From Candidatus Moraniibacteriota bacterium (lineage in GTDB: Bacteria; Patescibacteriota; Minisyncoccia; Moranbacterales; UBA1568): a DNA stretch of 64,000 nucleotides. A program made the position numbers and the translations under genes. The stretch is taken from the NCBI GenBank assembly GCA_016699425.1, contig CP064975.1:923957-987956 (forward strand), given 5' to 3'. The notes under the pieces are model-generated. The model did no database searches, was not told the origin of the DNA, and worked only from the letters and a program-made list of their open reading frames with translations. Shown here piece by piece: positions 19,879-30,179 of this stretch. Each line of letters starts with the position of its first letter. Positions within the stretch are counted from its first letter, which is position 1.

Positions 19879-20511
19879 TCAATATAGCGTCAGTTCGGAA
19901 ACTGGCCAGGCTCTGAGGAGCACCCGCCCGATAACCGCTGTTTTCTTGATCGGACCGAAGACGCGCGAATCATAGCTGAAGGCTCGATTGTCACCCATGA
20001 CAAAGTATTCATTGTCGGCGACCTTGGTGGCACCTAAGTCTGAAGTTTTCACGGCAGCATCGAGATAGGCGGATTCATCGAGTGCGTAGCCGTCCGGATG
20101 TACATGGTTGTAAATATATACTCTGCCATTCTTGATTTCGACGGTTTCTCCTGGCAGGCCGATGACTCGCTTGATAAAGAACTGGGATGGATCACGCGGG
20201 AAACGGAAGACGATCGGTTCCTGACGGCTGAGATCGCGGAACGGATTGGTCTCGATATTTACCAGCGGGATTTTCGTGTGCTTCAGTCCAAACTCACTAA
20301 TGACGAGATACTCCCCATCATCGAAATTCGGCTCCATCGACGACCCCTGAACGAAAAACGGTTGGAACAAAAAGGCTCGAATCGGTATAATGACGACCGC
20401 GGCCAAGACGAGGATCTTCACCATTTCGAGTAACAACGCGCTCGTTGAGAGGTACTCTTCATCTGGTTCGACCGGAGTCGACGCCGTAGAGACAGATATT
20501 TTTTCCGACAT
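19879..20511 (-). CDS. lepB: Signal peptidase I
   Basis: Contains GSSMEPNF (catalytic Ser box) and GDNRAFSYDSR (Lys/box E region). Has an N-terminal TM anchor. Confidence 0.9.
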   Translation of the reverse strand: MSEKISVSTASTPVEPDEEYLSTSALLLEMVKILVLAAVVIIPIRAFLFQPFFVQGSSMEPNFDDGEYLVISEFGLKHTKIPLVNIETNPFRDLSRQEPIVFRFPRDPSQFFIKRVIGLPGETVEIKNGRVYIYNHVHPDGYALDESAYLDAAVKTSDLGATKVADNEYFVMGDNRAFSYDSRVFGPIKKTAVIGRVLLRAWPVSELTLY

Positions 20512-20664
20512 AGGTAGTCCGAAGAATCAAAGGGCCAAGGGAGGATAAAGATGCTATCGTTGAAGTGGCCGAACAAGCAACAAGCTAATACCGACAATAA
20601 AACAACCCGATTGTACCACCAATTCAACCCGAAATCAAGAGCGAAATAAGGCTTACTCAAAGCA

Positions 20665-22209
20665 ATGCACCCGAATCAGACCGAGAAAAATCTGGCCACA
20701 TCCCGACCCAAGGGCTTCTCGCTCGGGCAAGCCCCCGTCGAAGCCCCGGAACGGCTGGAGCACCGTTCCCATCGGCACGCTCTTCCGATCATCGCTCTCG
20801 GAATCGTGCTCGTCGTCGCTGGTATCTCGATCGTCATCGGCACTCGCTTCACACAGTCCCTCCATTTCGAAAATCATGAACTCTCCTTCTTCCAGGGGAT
20901 GCGCATCATCGGTGACTCATTCCTCGGCACGGGCCAAGCGCTCTCCGGCGAATCAGAGGGTCGGATAAACATCCTCCTCCTCGGGCGCGCTGGCGAACAA
21001 TACCCCGGCCGCAACCTGACCGATACTGTTATGCTCCTCTCGCTCGATATGGAGAAGAAGCGTGCCGGACTCCTCTCACTCCCCCGCGACCTCTTCGCTC
21101 CGATTCCCGGCACCGGACTTTCGACCAAACTGAATTCGCTCTATCAGATCGGGATCAATGATGGTGTCGGCACCGAGATCCTGCGCAAGAGCGTCGCCGA
21201 AATAACCGGCCTCCCGATCCACTACTCTGTGATGATCGATTTCGATGGTTTCGAACGCATGATTGACGCCCTGGGCGGCATCCGAGTCGACGTCCAGCGC
21301 GATATTCATGATGAACGCTATCCGGGCAAGAATTACAGTTATGAAACCTTTGAGCTCCGGAAAGGCTGGCAGAAACTCGATGGTAAAACGGCCTTGAAGT
21401 ATGTGCGAGAACGCCACGATGACCCCGAAGGTGACTTCGGCCGAGCCAAACGACAGCAAGCGACGATGCAGGCGGTCCGAGAAAAAGCCTGGTCCATTCC
21501 CACTTTTCTCAACCCCTTCGCGCTTTCCGGTTTTCTCGAAAGCCTCGGGGACAGCATCACCACCGACATCCCGCCCGAAGCGATCGGCCGTTTCATCGAG
21601 CTCGCCCGCCTCTTTGATACGAAAAATATCTCGACCGTCGTCGTCGATGCATGGAAGAAAGAAAGCCTCTTGCGGGTCAGCCATATCGAATCAGGTGGTC
21701 TCCGCGCCTTTATCCTCGTCCCCCGAAGCGGCACATGGGACGAAATCCACGATGTCGCCGCGCACCTCTTCGAAGAACGGAAACGGGAGCAGCGTCGGAC
21801 TGAGATGGAACACGAATCCGCCCGGATCGTCATCCTTACCTCCCCGCGGTACCGCGCTGGGGCCGAAGCACTCGCTGCTGACATCCGCGAGACCTTCCCG
21901 GCCGAATCAGTAAAACTCCAAAGCGACAGCTGTTTGGATGCGAACCAGGGAACCGCTATGATACAAGATACGAGCGGTCTCCGGACGCCATACACGCTCG
22001 ACAGTCTCGTCGCCCGCTACGGACTCACACCAGGGACGCTGCCGCCTGATACTCGGGTACTCTCAGACGAAGCAGACCTCGTCGTGCTCTACCTCAGAAC
22101 TGATACACTCACTCTCCCCACGCTTGACCGCGCCGACTCCTCCCTCGGCGATACGGATTTCCAAGAACCGCTCACCCCTCAGAAAACACCCTCACTTCCC
22201 AGTCTATGA
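20665..22209 (+). CDS. LytR-CpsA-Psr (LCP) family cell-envelope phosphotransferase
   Basis: N-terminal TM helix, then ILLLGRAG...TDTVMLLSLD...LPRD and a C-terminal LytR_C-like region. Confidence 0.85.
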   Translation: MHPNQTEKNLATSRPKGFSLGQAPVEAPERLEHRSHRHALPIIALGIVLVVAGISIVIGTRFTQSLHFENHELSFFQGMRIIGDSFLGTGQALSGESEGRINILLLGRAGEQYPGRNLTDTVMLLSLDMEKKRAGLLSLPRDLFAPIPGTGLSTKLNSLYQIGINDGVGTEILRKSVAEITGLPIHYSVMIDFDGFERMIDALGGIRVDVQRDIHDERYPGKNYSYETFELRKGWQKLDGKTALKYVRERHDDPEGDFGRAKRQQATMQAVREKAWSIPTFLNPFALSGFLESLGDSITTDIPPEAIGRFIELARLFDTKNISTVVVDAWKKESLLRVSHIESGGLRAFILVPRSGTWDEIHDVAAHLFEERKREQRRTEMEHESARIVILTSPRYRAGAEALAADIRETFPAESVKLQSDSCLDANQGTAMIQDTSGLRTPYTLDSLVARYGLTPGTLPPDTRVLSDEADLVVLYLRTDTLTLPTLDRADSSLGDTDFQEPLTPQKTPSLPSL

Positions 22210-22799
22210 CCACCCTCCTCGTCGGCCTCGGCAATCCCGGACCAGAATACGTACGGACTCGCCACAATCTCGGTTTTCTCGCACTCGACTGGCTCCGGGA
22301 ACGGTTCGACGCGCCTGCGTTCCAGCCGGAAGCAAAATTTTTCGCCGACCTCTCGTCCGTGATGCAAGAGGGAAACAAGTTTATCCTCGCCAAGCCGACG
22401 ACCTTCATGAATGAATCCGGCCGGTCTGTCCGCGCTATCCTCGACTACTACAAACTCGGAATCGATACACTCATCGTCATTCACGACGATCTCGACATCG
22501 CACCCAGCACGCTCCGTACCACCGACTCATCGCGCGCTGCCGGACACAATGGCGTGCAGGATATCATCGACACGCTCGGGACTCAGGATTTCTTCCGTAT
22601 CCGCCTCGGCATCGGCCGGCCCGCAGAAGTGGAAGGTGTCTGCCCGCCCGAAACGCTCCGAGAGCCAGGCGTATCGGTGCGGGCGGGCATCCCGAGCCAC
22701 GACTATGTGCTCGGACATCTTTCGGACGAAGAATACACGAAACTCGAGGCGCTGTTCACCGAGATGGAGAAAGTACTCCGATCCCGCCTCGCGACTTGA
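22206..22799 (+). CDS. pth: Peptidyl-tRNA hydrolase
   Basis: LVGLGNPGPEYVRTRHNLGF is the Pth signature. It overlaps the upstream stop by 4 nt (ATGA). Confidence 0.93.
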   Translation: MTTLLVGLGNPGPEYVRTRHNLGFLALDWLRERFDAPAFQPEAKFFADLSSVMQEGNKFILAKPTTFMNESGRSVRAILDYYKLGIDTLIVIHDDLDIAPSTLRTTDSSRAAGHNGVQDIIDTLGTQDFFRIRLGIGRPAEVEGVCPPETLREPGVSVRAGIPSHDYVLGHLSDEEYTKLEALFTEMEKVLRSRLAT

Positions 22800-22828
22800 T
22801 TCGATAGAAATAAGAGTGGACAAAAAAA

Positions 22829-22850
22829 GCCGGCCGATGGCCGGTTTAAT
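22829..22850 (+). terminator. Rho-independent terminator after pth
   Basis: GCCGGCC-GAT-GGCCGG hairpin followed by TTTAAT, about 30 nt after the pth stop. Confidence 0.55.
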
Positions 22851-23080
22851 AGTGTCTTTGAAGAACAGGATTCCGCCGACAGCCGAAGAAAAGTCTGTTT
22901 GCACAGGCCTGACTTCGCAAGGGACGGGTGATAGGAGGGTATCACCCGAACGCTCTCGGCGGAAGCCTATACTCCAAGCCACTTCTCATAGAGACCGTTT
23001 TATTTTCCCCCCACCCTAGCGCGAGTGGGCCGTCCTGTCAATCCAAGCAAAGAAGAAGGCCGACAGTGGGGAGCTGTCGG

Positions 23081-23494
23081 CTAATGCGCGTGGCGCAAAT
23101 TTTTCAGACTGTCCGTTGCTGTACTGCCTCGTGGAATACTACTTTGTAGACCGCGAGTGCCGCGATAATGGCAAGGATGAAGAGACTGAGGCCGATCGGC
23201 ACTGCGACGAACGCGGTGACAACGATGATGACCAGTGGTAAAAAAAATGAAGGTCAGTACCTGGTGTAGTATGGACTTCGTCTCCTCGCTGACCCACAGG
23301 ATCCCCCAGATGATGCCGAGATAGGCGGCTGTCCCCATGAACAAAGCCTGGAGTTCCGCCCACTGGCTCACTTCCCCGGCCGCCATGTTGTGGTCATAGA
23401 CCACGTAGCCAACCATGACCGAAACCATCACGATGCAGATGCCCGTTGACAGCGCGACTACCCCCTTGACAAGGGTCCTACCGATTATTCCCAT
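23081..23494 (-). CDS. Small polytopic membrane protein, frame-disrupted at an A8/T8 homopolymer
   Basis: N-terminal about 90 aa shows 3 TM helices (MGIIGRTLVKGVVALSTGICIVMVSV...). After the A8 run at about 23232-23239 the +1 frame encodes a fourth clean TM helix (PLVIIVVTAFVAVPIGLSLFILAIIAALAVYKVVFHEAVQQRTV*). The current frame gives Arg/His-rich nonsense instead. Confidence 0.5.
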   Translation of the reverse strand: MGIIGRTLVKGVVALSTGICIVMVSVMVGYVVYDHNMAAGEVSQWAELQALFMGTAAYLGIIWGILWVSEETKSILHQVLTFIFFTTGHHRCHRVRRSADRPQSLHPCHYRGTRGLQSSIPRGSTATDSLKNLRHAH

Positions 23495-23613
23495 GACTTT
23501 CCTCCTCTGAGTAAAATGGGCCGCCTGATAGTTACATTTCTCAAGCGGTTTGTCAATGAATAAAGAAGGAGCCCCGAGCGGGCCTCTTCTTTGCTAGATT
23601 GAGAAGGGAGAGA

Positions 23614-24309
23614 TTATTTCTTCTCCTCTTTCTTGGCGTCCACCTTGCCACCTTCGGCTGGAGCCGCCCCTTCCGGCGTCTCTTTTACGACGCCCTCCAC
23701 CTTGGTCACATCCATCTCGACTTTTTCTTCGAGGGACGACATCTCGGCATCGGTGCGCGGCCGCATGACCGTCGCGACGATCGCATCGAGAGCGTCGAGC
23801 ATCTCCACACCCTCCGGCAAAGGAATATCGGAAACTTTCACCTGACTGTCAAAGTCCACGAGCTGAGCAAGATCGATAACAAATGAGTGGGGCAAATTTT
23901 TCGGGAGACACTTTACCTTCACTTCATCGAGGTTCCGGATGAGCACGCCGCCGAGTGCCTTCACCGCCGGAGACTCACCGACGAATTCAAGTGCGACTTC
24001 CGTCTCGATTTCTTCGTCCATGTTTACCTGGTAGAAGTCGATATGGGTGAAACGCCCGGAGAGCGGGTCAACCTGGACATCATGGATAAGCGTATTCACC
24101 GGTTTCTGCCCAGCAAAAGAAAGTTCGACAAGCGTACTTTCACCCGCCGCTTTATACAACTTTGAAAAATCTATGTATGGGACCGAGAGATTCACCGAAT
24201 CCTTGCCATGCCCATACCGAACTGCCGGGATGAGACCGTCCTTGCGAAGCTTCGCGAGTGCCTTGCCTGATTCCTTTCGTTCGAGCACATTCAGTTTCAA
24301 GATGTCCAT
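23614..24309 (-). CDS. rplY: 50S ribosomal protein L25 / general stress protein Ctc
   Basis: 231 aa. N-terminal L25 domain (LKLNVLERKESGKALAKLRKDGLIPAVRYG), a Ctc-type C-terminal domain, and a Lys/Glu tail. Confidence 0.88.
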   Translation of the reverse strand: MDILKLNVLERKESGKALAKLRKDGLIPAVRYGHGKDSVNLSVPYIDFSKLYKAAGESTLVELSFAGQKPVNTLIHDVQVDPLSGRFTHIDFYQVNMDEEIETEVALEFVGESPAVKALGGVLIRNLDEVKVKCLPKNLPHSFVIDLAQLVDFDSQVKVSDIPLPEGVEMLDALDAIVATVMRPRTDAEMSSLEEKVEMDVTKVEGVVKETPEGAAPAEGGKVDAKKEEKK

Positions 24310-24350
24310 AAATAGGTATCGATCAGTTTACAAAAATTGCTCTGGCTTGT

Positions 24351-24674
24351 CTAACGGATGAGTTCGTCGACACCGCCATGATGTTCCTTCAGGAACTGGT
24401 GGACCGTCAGCACTTCATCACTCGAGATCGCTTCACCTTTGAAGAGCCGTTTGGCCTCGCTCTGCTCCAGGTCCGTCAGCACCCCCATGGAGATGACCCC
24501 GACGGGCGACATCGAGACATAGACGAGGGTCGAGGCACCACAAGCCTCACAGGTGAGATGCAAGGTCGATCGCTTGTCTTCCTGATCGAGGAGCAGCATC
24601 TTGGCCGGCCGGTACTCCTTGTTGCAGACGGGGCAACGGACGAGTGCCTTCAGATTTTCGAGATTGGGTTTCAT
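24351..24674 (-). CDS. Hypothetical zinc-ribbon protein
   Basis: 107 aa with two CxxC pairs (CPVCNKEY ... CEACGAS). Confidence 0.5.
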   Translation of the reverse strand: MKPNLENLKALVRCPVCNKEYRPAKMLLLDQEDKRSTLHLTCEACGASTLVYVSMSPVGVISMGVLTDLEQSEAKRLFKGEAISSDEVLTVHQFLKEHHGGVDELIR

Positions 24675-24893
24675 GCTGTTATTTTAGCAAAAAATGCTTT
24701 GCAACAGCAATTTTCGAGTTTACCACCACACCAATAGCCCGCTCCGACACCCTCGGATTATCCCATCGACAAGCGTTTCATTGGTGTGGTGGCGAGAAGC
24801 AGTGTACCAAAAGGAACCCCTTGGGTCAACCCCAATCCAAAAAAATACGAGAGCTGGTCAGGCTCTCGGAAATCTTTACGACCGTTTGGGTTG

Positions 24894-25418
24894 TTACTCC
24901 GTCCAATTACACGCTTCGAGGAGTGGCCGCAGGTGCGGATTACGCTTCGGACTAATGTGTCGGAAGACCGTCTCCCGGCTGATCCAGCCAAGCTTGATGG
25001 CGAGAACGAACATCGCCGCTTCGTCCCACTTCTCGGGGAAGCCAGAGAATGACAGCAGATATTTACCCGCTCGGATCGCCCCGCCAAAACGCGGACATGG
25101 CACCTCTTTGCCGTCGATCACAATCGTGGCCTTGGGATTGCGTGTCCGGTAGCTCGTGAGGTGAAGGTTGTAGAGAGCAAGACGGGTCGGTTTTTCGAGC
25201 GCGAACTCTTGGCGCTTCGCTGTCTTTTCGAGTGGCATTTCGCCCCACATGAGACCAGCAATGATCGGCGTGCCGTCAGCAAAAGTCCAGGCTAGGTAAC
25301 CTCCCGAACAATCCGGTCGACCACCCGCGTGCACCATCTCCCGTGCCTTCGCTAGGACCTGGTCCGCGGTCCGGACGACACGGAGGACAAGATCACTCGA
25401 GATCGTAACAGTACTCAC
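24894..25418 (-). CDS. Hypothetical protein (174 aa)
   Basis: Clean ORF with codon usage like its neighbours. No recognisable motif. Confidence 0.45.
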   Translation of the reverse strand: MSTVTISSDLVLRVVRTADQVLAKAREMVHAGGRPDCSGGYLAWTFADGTPIIAGLMWGEMPLEKTAKRQEFALEKPTRLALYNLHLTSYRTRNPKATIVIDGKEVPCPRFGGAIRAGKYLLSFSGFPEKWDEAAMFVLAIKLGWISRETVFRHISPKRNPHLRPLLEACNWTE

Positions 25419-25537
25419 TTTGTCACCCCTTTCGGTTGGTTGAAGAACTCGTCCTTGATTTCAAGGAATCCGTACTCTACTCGCCTCCCCCCATTTCGTC
25501 AATATGAAAAGCTTTTCGAACTCTCTCCCCTTGTAGG

Positions 25538-25783
25538 TCAAGCGAGGGTAAAGCGCGTGACTGATTTTTCCTCCCACGCGACCATCTCGCGCCACTCACG
25601 GAGCGGCCGGGTGAAGAGCGGCGCATCCGGATGCTCATACAGCGGTTCATACACTACCATCCACTCCTCATCATTGGAATGCAAGGCGAGAGACTTCACA
25701 CGATACGAGTCACCCTTGTAGTGACGATAGATCTCACCCTCTTTCGGGGCACCTGCGGGTAGTGGTACGACATGGCCTTTCAT
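25538..25783 (-). CDS. DUF1653 family protein
   Basis: 81 aa. Matches the DUF1653 pattern YRHYKGDSYRV...HSNDEEWMVVYEPLY. Confidence 0.65.
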   Translation of the reverse strand: MKGHVVPLPAGAPKEGEIYRHYKGDSYRVKSLALHSNDEEWMVVYEPLYEHPDAPLFTRPLREWREMVAWEEKSVTRFTLA

Positions 25784-25795
25784 AATCGAAGCGCT

Positions 25796-27859
25796 TTACA
25801 CATCCAGGTTCTTTACGTTCTTCGCATGCGTCTGGATGAAGCGACGGCGCGGTTCGACCTCATTGCCCATGAGGACATCGAAGAGGCGATCGGCTTCCTC
25901 TGCATCATCAATCGTGACCTGGAGCATCAGTCGACGATCCGGATCCATGGTCGTCTCCCAGAGCTGCTCCGGGTTCATTTCTCCGAGACCTTTGTAGCGC
26001 TGGATATTGATACCGAAGACGTTTTCTCCGCCCTCACTGTTGGCCTCAGCGTTCTCCGGGACCTCGGCGACAATTTCTTCCTTCGCTTCGGCGACTTTCT
26101 TCTTGGCCGCTTTGGCAGTCTTGTTCGCTTCCGCGATCGCCTTCATGTCTTCGACGACGCGATCCTTTTCTTCTTCGGTATAGGCGTATCGGATGTCTTT
26201 CGCTTTCTGGAGACGATAGAGCGGCGGCTGTGCGATATAGATATACCCACCCCGGACCAGGGATTCATAGTAGCGGTAGAAGAATGTGAGGAGCAGCGTC
26301 CGGATATGCGAACCGTCGACGTCGGCGTCCGCCATGATGATGACTTTGTGGTAACGGAGGCGTGAGATGTCGAGCGTCTCACCGATCCCGACACCGAGTG
26401 CGATGATGATCGGCTTCAGTGTATCCGACTTCACGACCTTGTCGATTGTCGTCTTCTCCACATTCACCAATTTGCCGCGCAAAGGCAGTATCGCCTGGAA
26501 CTCGCGGTTGCGCCCCTGCTTGGCACTGCCACCGGCCGAATCTCCCTCGACGATGTACACTTCGGATCGGCTCGCATCCCGGCTCGAGCAGTCAGCAAGC
26601 TTGCCCGGCAAGGTCATGCCCTCGAGCGCGCCTTTTCGAATGACCGCGTCCTTGGCAGCACGAGCGGCGATTCGAGCACGGACGGTCAGAACACATTTGT
26701 CGACGATGGCTCGTGCATTGTTCGGGTGTGTCTCGAGATAGTCAGCAAAGGCTTCGGCGACGACGGACTGCACTGCCCCACGGACTTCGGAATTATTGAG
26801 CTTGTCCTTGGTCTGTCCCTCGAACTGTGGGTTCGCGAGCTTCACCGAGACGACGGCCGTCAGTCCCTCACGGAGATCTTCGGCGGAAAACGCCCCTTCC
26901 TTCTCCTTGATCAGGTTGTTCTTTTTCGCATAGTCATTCATGACGCGAGTCAGTGCCATCTTGAATCCGGTAACATGCGTGCCGCCGCCCGGGTTCACGA
27001 TATTATTGGCAAACGAAAACAGGTGTTCTTTGAAACTATCCGTATACTGAAGCGACGCCTCGACAAAGATATCGTCGACGGTCTTCTCGACATAGAACGG
27101 CATGTCGTTCTTCACATCCTTACCACGGTTCAGAAACTTCACAAACGAGATGATACCTGAATCGAAGTAAAAGCCGTGCCGGACGGCGAGGTGCTCATCC
27201 TTTTCGGTCACAACCTTCCGCCGATCCTCACAGAGTATCTTCACACCCTTGGTCAGGAATGCCTGATAACGGACATACTCGAGAATCTTGCTCCAAGAAT
27301 ATTCGATTTCCGGGAAGATTTCCGGGTCAGCCTGAAACGCCACTGTCGTACCAGTCTTATCGGTCTTGCCAATCGCTTTCACGCTCGCTTTTGGTTTACC
27401 CTGCTTGAATTCCTGTACCCAGATCTTGCCCTGCAGCTCGACGGTCACGCGCGTGTGGAGAGACAAGGCATTCACGACAGATACGCCGACACCATGGAGG
27501 CCGCCGGAGATCTTGTAGCCGCCCTCGCCGCCGAACTTACCACCGGCATGCAATACCGTGAGCACCGTCTCAAGCGTGGATTTTTTGGTCTGAGGGTGGA
27601 TCTCTACCGGGATGCCGCGACCATTGTCGATCACTTCGACCCAATTATCCGGCAGGAGCCGCACGACGATGTCCGTCGCATATCCAGCCATCGCCTCGTC
27701 GATCGAATTGTTCACGACTTCCCAGATGAGATGGTGCAGACCCTCGGGCGAGGTGCCGCCGATATACATACCGGGACGCTTCCGCACCGGATCAAGCCCT
27801 TCCAGGACCTGGATGGACTTCGCATTATAATTGCTGTCTACGGTTTTTGGTTTGGCCAT
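25796..27859 (-). CDS. gyrB: DNA gyrase subunit B
   Basis: 687 aa. Has the GHKL ATPase N-terminus (MYIGGTSPEGLHHLIWEVVNNSIDE), the TOPRIM region (EGDSAGGSAKQGR) and a C-terminal tail. It is of the short form lacking the E. coli insertion. Confidence 0.95.
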   Translation of the reverse strand: MAKPKTVDSNYNAKSIQVLEGLDPVRKRPGMYIGGTSPEGLHHLIWEVVNNSIDEAMAGYATDIVVRLLPDNWVEVIDNGRGIPVEIHPQTKKSTLETVLTVLHAGGKFGGEGGYKISGGLHGVGVSVVNALSLHTRVTVELQGKIWVQEFKQGKPKASVKAIGKTDKTGTTVAFQADPEIFPEIEYSWSKILEYVRYQAFLTKGVKILCEDRRKVVTEKDEHLAVRHGFYFDSGIISFVKFLNRGKDVKNDMPFYVEKTVDDIFVEASLQYTDSFKEHLFSFANNIVNPGGGTHVTGFKMALTRVMNDYAKKNNLIKEKEGAFSAEDLREGLTAVVSVKLANPQFEGQTKDKLNNSEVRGAVQSVVAEAFADYLETHPNNARAIVDKCVLTVRARIAARAAKDAVIRKGALEGMTLPGKLADCSSRDASRSEVYIVEGDSAGGSAKQGRNREFQAILPLRGKLVNVEKTTIDKVVKSDTLKPIIIALGVGIGETLDISRLRYHKVIIMADADVDGSHIRTLLLTFFYRYYESLVRGGYIYIAQPPLYRLQKAKDIRYAYTEEEKDRVVEDMKAIAEANKTAKAAKKKVAEAKEEIVAEVPENAEANSEGGENVFGINIQRYKGLGEMNPEQLWETTMDPDRRLMLQVTIDDAEEADRLFDVLMGNEVEPRRRFIQTHAKNVKNLDV

Positions 27860-27874
27860 ATGAGAGTAGTGAAA

Positions 27875-28252
27875 CTATGAGCGATGAAATTGACGGGCCG
27901 TGAATTCGAGGAGGAGGATGAGGGCCAGTGCAAGGAGCGCCACCCACCAGACCAGGTAACCGAGGAATTGGGCGAGGGCCAGGCTAGCGACATAAATTCC
28001 GACGAGCACACCTTGGCGCACGGCACCGGGGAGATAGGCTCGTGCCGCTGATTCATCGAGGAATCGACTGGCGAGCGAGAGGAGCCCGAGTGTCACACCA
28101 GCCGCCACCAAGAGCCACAATGCGAAGAAAAAGAGCCCTTGTCCCGCGATCGTAAGCGTCACCGGATCGACTCCAAAAATGAAAACGCCGAGGACGCCGA
28201 GGGCCGCGAGCAGGGTGAGCCGAAGGATGTTGAGCCAGGTGTGGAGATGCAT
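27875..28252 (-). CDS. Hypothetical membrane protein (4 TM)
   Basis: 125 aa made entirely of hydrophobic helices. Confidence 0.5.
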   Translation of the reverse strand: MHLHTWLNILRLTLLAALGVLGVFIFGVDPVTLTIAGQGLFFFALWLLVAAGVTLGLLSLASRFLDESAARAYLPGAVRQGVLVGIYVASLALAQFLGYLVWWVALLALALILLLEFTARQFHRS

Positions 28253-28423
28253 CGGAGAAAGGTACTTGCCTTCACGAACACTGGTTCCAGTATACGGTTT
28301 TTCGGCCCACTTAGCAAGGCTTCTCTTGGCTTATATAAAGGAAAACCCACTCGTTTCCTGGCGAGCGGAGGCTATTTTTTGGAGCTCTGATTTCTCTCGC
28401 CTCAAAGCCTATCCCGATCGGGT

Positions 28424-28981
28424 CTAAGCTCGCGAGACGTAGGTCCCCTTTTCCGTATTCACGATCACTCGGTCTCCCGTCTTGATGAAGAGTGGGGTGG
28501 TGAGTGTCATGCCTGTCTCGAGCGTCACGACCTTGTCCCCGCCCGAAGCCGTATCCCCTTTGAGCCCCGGCGGGGCATCGGCGACGGTGAAGGTCATCTT
28601 GATGGGGAGCTCGATATTGAGCGGCTGGCCGTTCCAATTCAGCATCGTGACTTCCGTCCCATCGATGAGGTATTCGGCCAATGGTCCGAGCGTATCCTTG
28701 TCGAGGGTGAACTGGTCATAGTCCGCCATATCCATGAAGGAGTACTCGTCGCCCGTGTGATAGAGGTACTGCGCCTTCGACTTCGCCACTTCCGCCTCCT
28801 CTACCTTATCTTTGTCCTGAAAGGTGTAGTCGATGATCGCGCCCGAGAGCAGATTTTTCAACTTCGTCCGCATCACCGCCCCGCCGCGGCCGAGAAAGCT
28901 GTGCTGGTATTCCACGACGACATACGGCTCCTCGTTCCAGAGAATCCTCTTACCCGTTTTAATTTCAGTCAGATTGAGCAT
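28424..28981 (-). CDS. efp: Elongation factor P
   Basis: Three OB/KOW-like domains with EF-P family layout. Starts at the ATG for MLNLTEIKTGK. The track ORF starts 7 codons upstream. Confidence 0.88.
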   Translation of the reverse strand: MLNLTEIKTGKRILWNEEPYVVVEYQHSFLGRGGAVMRTKLKNLLSGAIIDYTFQDKDKVEEAEVAKSKAQYLYHTGDEYSFMDMADYDQFTLDKDTLGPLAEYLIDGTEVTMLNWNGQPLNIELPIKMTFTVADAPPGLKGDTASGGDKVVTLETGMTLTTPLFIKTGDRVIVNTEKGTYVSRA

Positions 28982-29019
28982 ATGTTTAAACCGACAACTC
29001 ACAACCTACGACCTACAAT

Positions 29020-29355
29020 TTATGAATCCAATTTCTTCTTGAAACCACCGATTTGGTTTGCTATCACGCTCACCCTCTCACGTATTTGGGAAAATTCATC
29101 TTCATCAACCAGTTTCATCTCTTTGAATGTTTCAACGGCTGCAAGCGTTTCGTAGAGCGAGCCGAGAGCGATCTCGAGAAAGCGGTTCATCTCTCTGTCC
29201 GATGCTTTGCCGCTTCCTTCAGCGATATTCAACACTACTGATAATGACGAGCGGACGAGCTGGCTACCGAGTTCGTAACGATATTCCTTCGGCAATCCAC
29301 GAACCAGTTTCAGTATCGTGGCAATAGTTCTTGAGCCGAGCGATATACTGGCCAT
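29020..29355 (-). CDS. Four-helix-bundle protein (23S rRNA intervening-sequence protein family, TIGR02436-like)
   Basis: 111 aa. Has the NIAEG motif and the typical helical layout of this family. Confidence 0.8.
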   Translation of the reverse strand: MASISLGSRTIATILKLVRGLPKEYRYELGSQLVRSSLSVVLNIAEGSGKASDREMNRFLEIALGSLYETLAAVETFKEMKLVDEDEFSQIRERVSVIANQIGGFKKKLDS

Positions 29356-29419
29356 TCCAGAAACCGAAACTGTTTCATATCTCGTTGTCGGTTGTCAGTC
29401 GTTGGTTGTCGGTAGTAAG

Positions 29420-29620
29420 TTACTTCACGACGTACGGGATCAGCGCCATAAACCGCGCCCGCTTGATCGCGAGCGAGAGATTGCGTTGCTCCGTCGAAGT
29501 CAAACCGAAACGCTTCGGTGGATAGATCTTGCCTTGGGAATTGAGAAAGCGCCGGAGAAAGTATGCATCCTTGTAGTCGATGCGGCCGAGCTTCTTTCGT
29601 GAGTCTTGGTCGAGGGTCAT
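29420..29620 (-). CDS. rpsR: 30S ribosomal protein S18
   Basis: 66 aa. Contains IDYKDAYFLRRFLNSQGKIYPPKRFGLT, a conserved S18 motif. Confidence 0.9.
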   Translation of the reverse strand: MTLDQDSRKKLGRIDYKDAYFLRRFLNSQGKIYPPKRFGLTSTEQRNLSLAIKRARFMALIPYVVK

Positions 29621-29656
29621 AAAAATTCAGAGGTGAGGGATTAGGGAGAGTAGCGG

Positions 29657-30133
29657 TTAGAACGGGACGTCTTCGATCTTGATTTCCTTCTCATCGTCGA
29701 GATTGATGGTCGGGATCTCCTCTTCATTGATCGGTGCAGCATTCTTGGGCGCTGCGGCCGAACCGCTCGACTGTGGCCGCGGAGCACTACCCGCCGATGC
29801 GCCCTGGGCTCGCGAACCAAGCTGCATAGTCTCGCCGACGACCTCGGTGACGCGGCGCTGACTGCCGTCCTTGGCGGTGTACTCGCGTGTCTGGAGCCGC
29901 CCCTCGATGAAGCACTCCTGCCCCTTGGTCAGGTACTGCCCGGCGATCTCTGCTTGCCGCCCCCAGAGGATGACGGTGTGGAATTCAGTCTTCTCCTGCT
30001 TCTGACCACCCTTGTCCGTCCAGAAATTATTGGTCGCCATGCCGATAGTCGCGACACTCTGCCCCGTCGGTGTCGTGCGGATCTCCGGATCACGAGTCAG
30101 TCGACCGACGAGGATGACTTTGTTCACGTTCAT
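29657..30133 (-). CDS. ssb: Single-stranded DNA-binding protein
   Basis: OB fold (NKVILVGRLTRDPE...FHTVILWGRQAE), a Gly/Ser/Ala linker and an acidic DVPF tip. Confidence 0.9.
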   Translation of the reverse strand: MNVNKVILVGRLTRDPEIRTTPTGQSVATIGMATNNFWTDKGGQKQEKTEFHTVILWGRQAEIAGQYLTKGQECFIEGRLQTREYTAKDGSQRRVTEVVGETMQLGSRAQGASAGSAPRPQSSGSAAAPKNAAPINEEEIPTINLDDEKEIKIEDVPF

Positions 30134-30179
30134 AGCCTTGTTTGCTAAGAATTATGTTATGCGCAGAGAGCACAATGAA

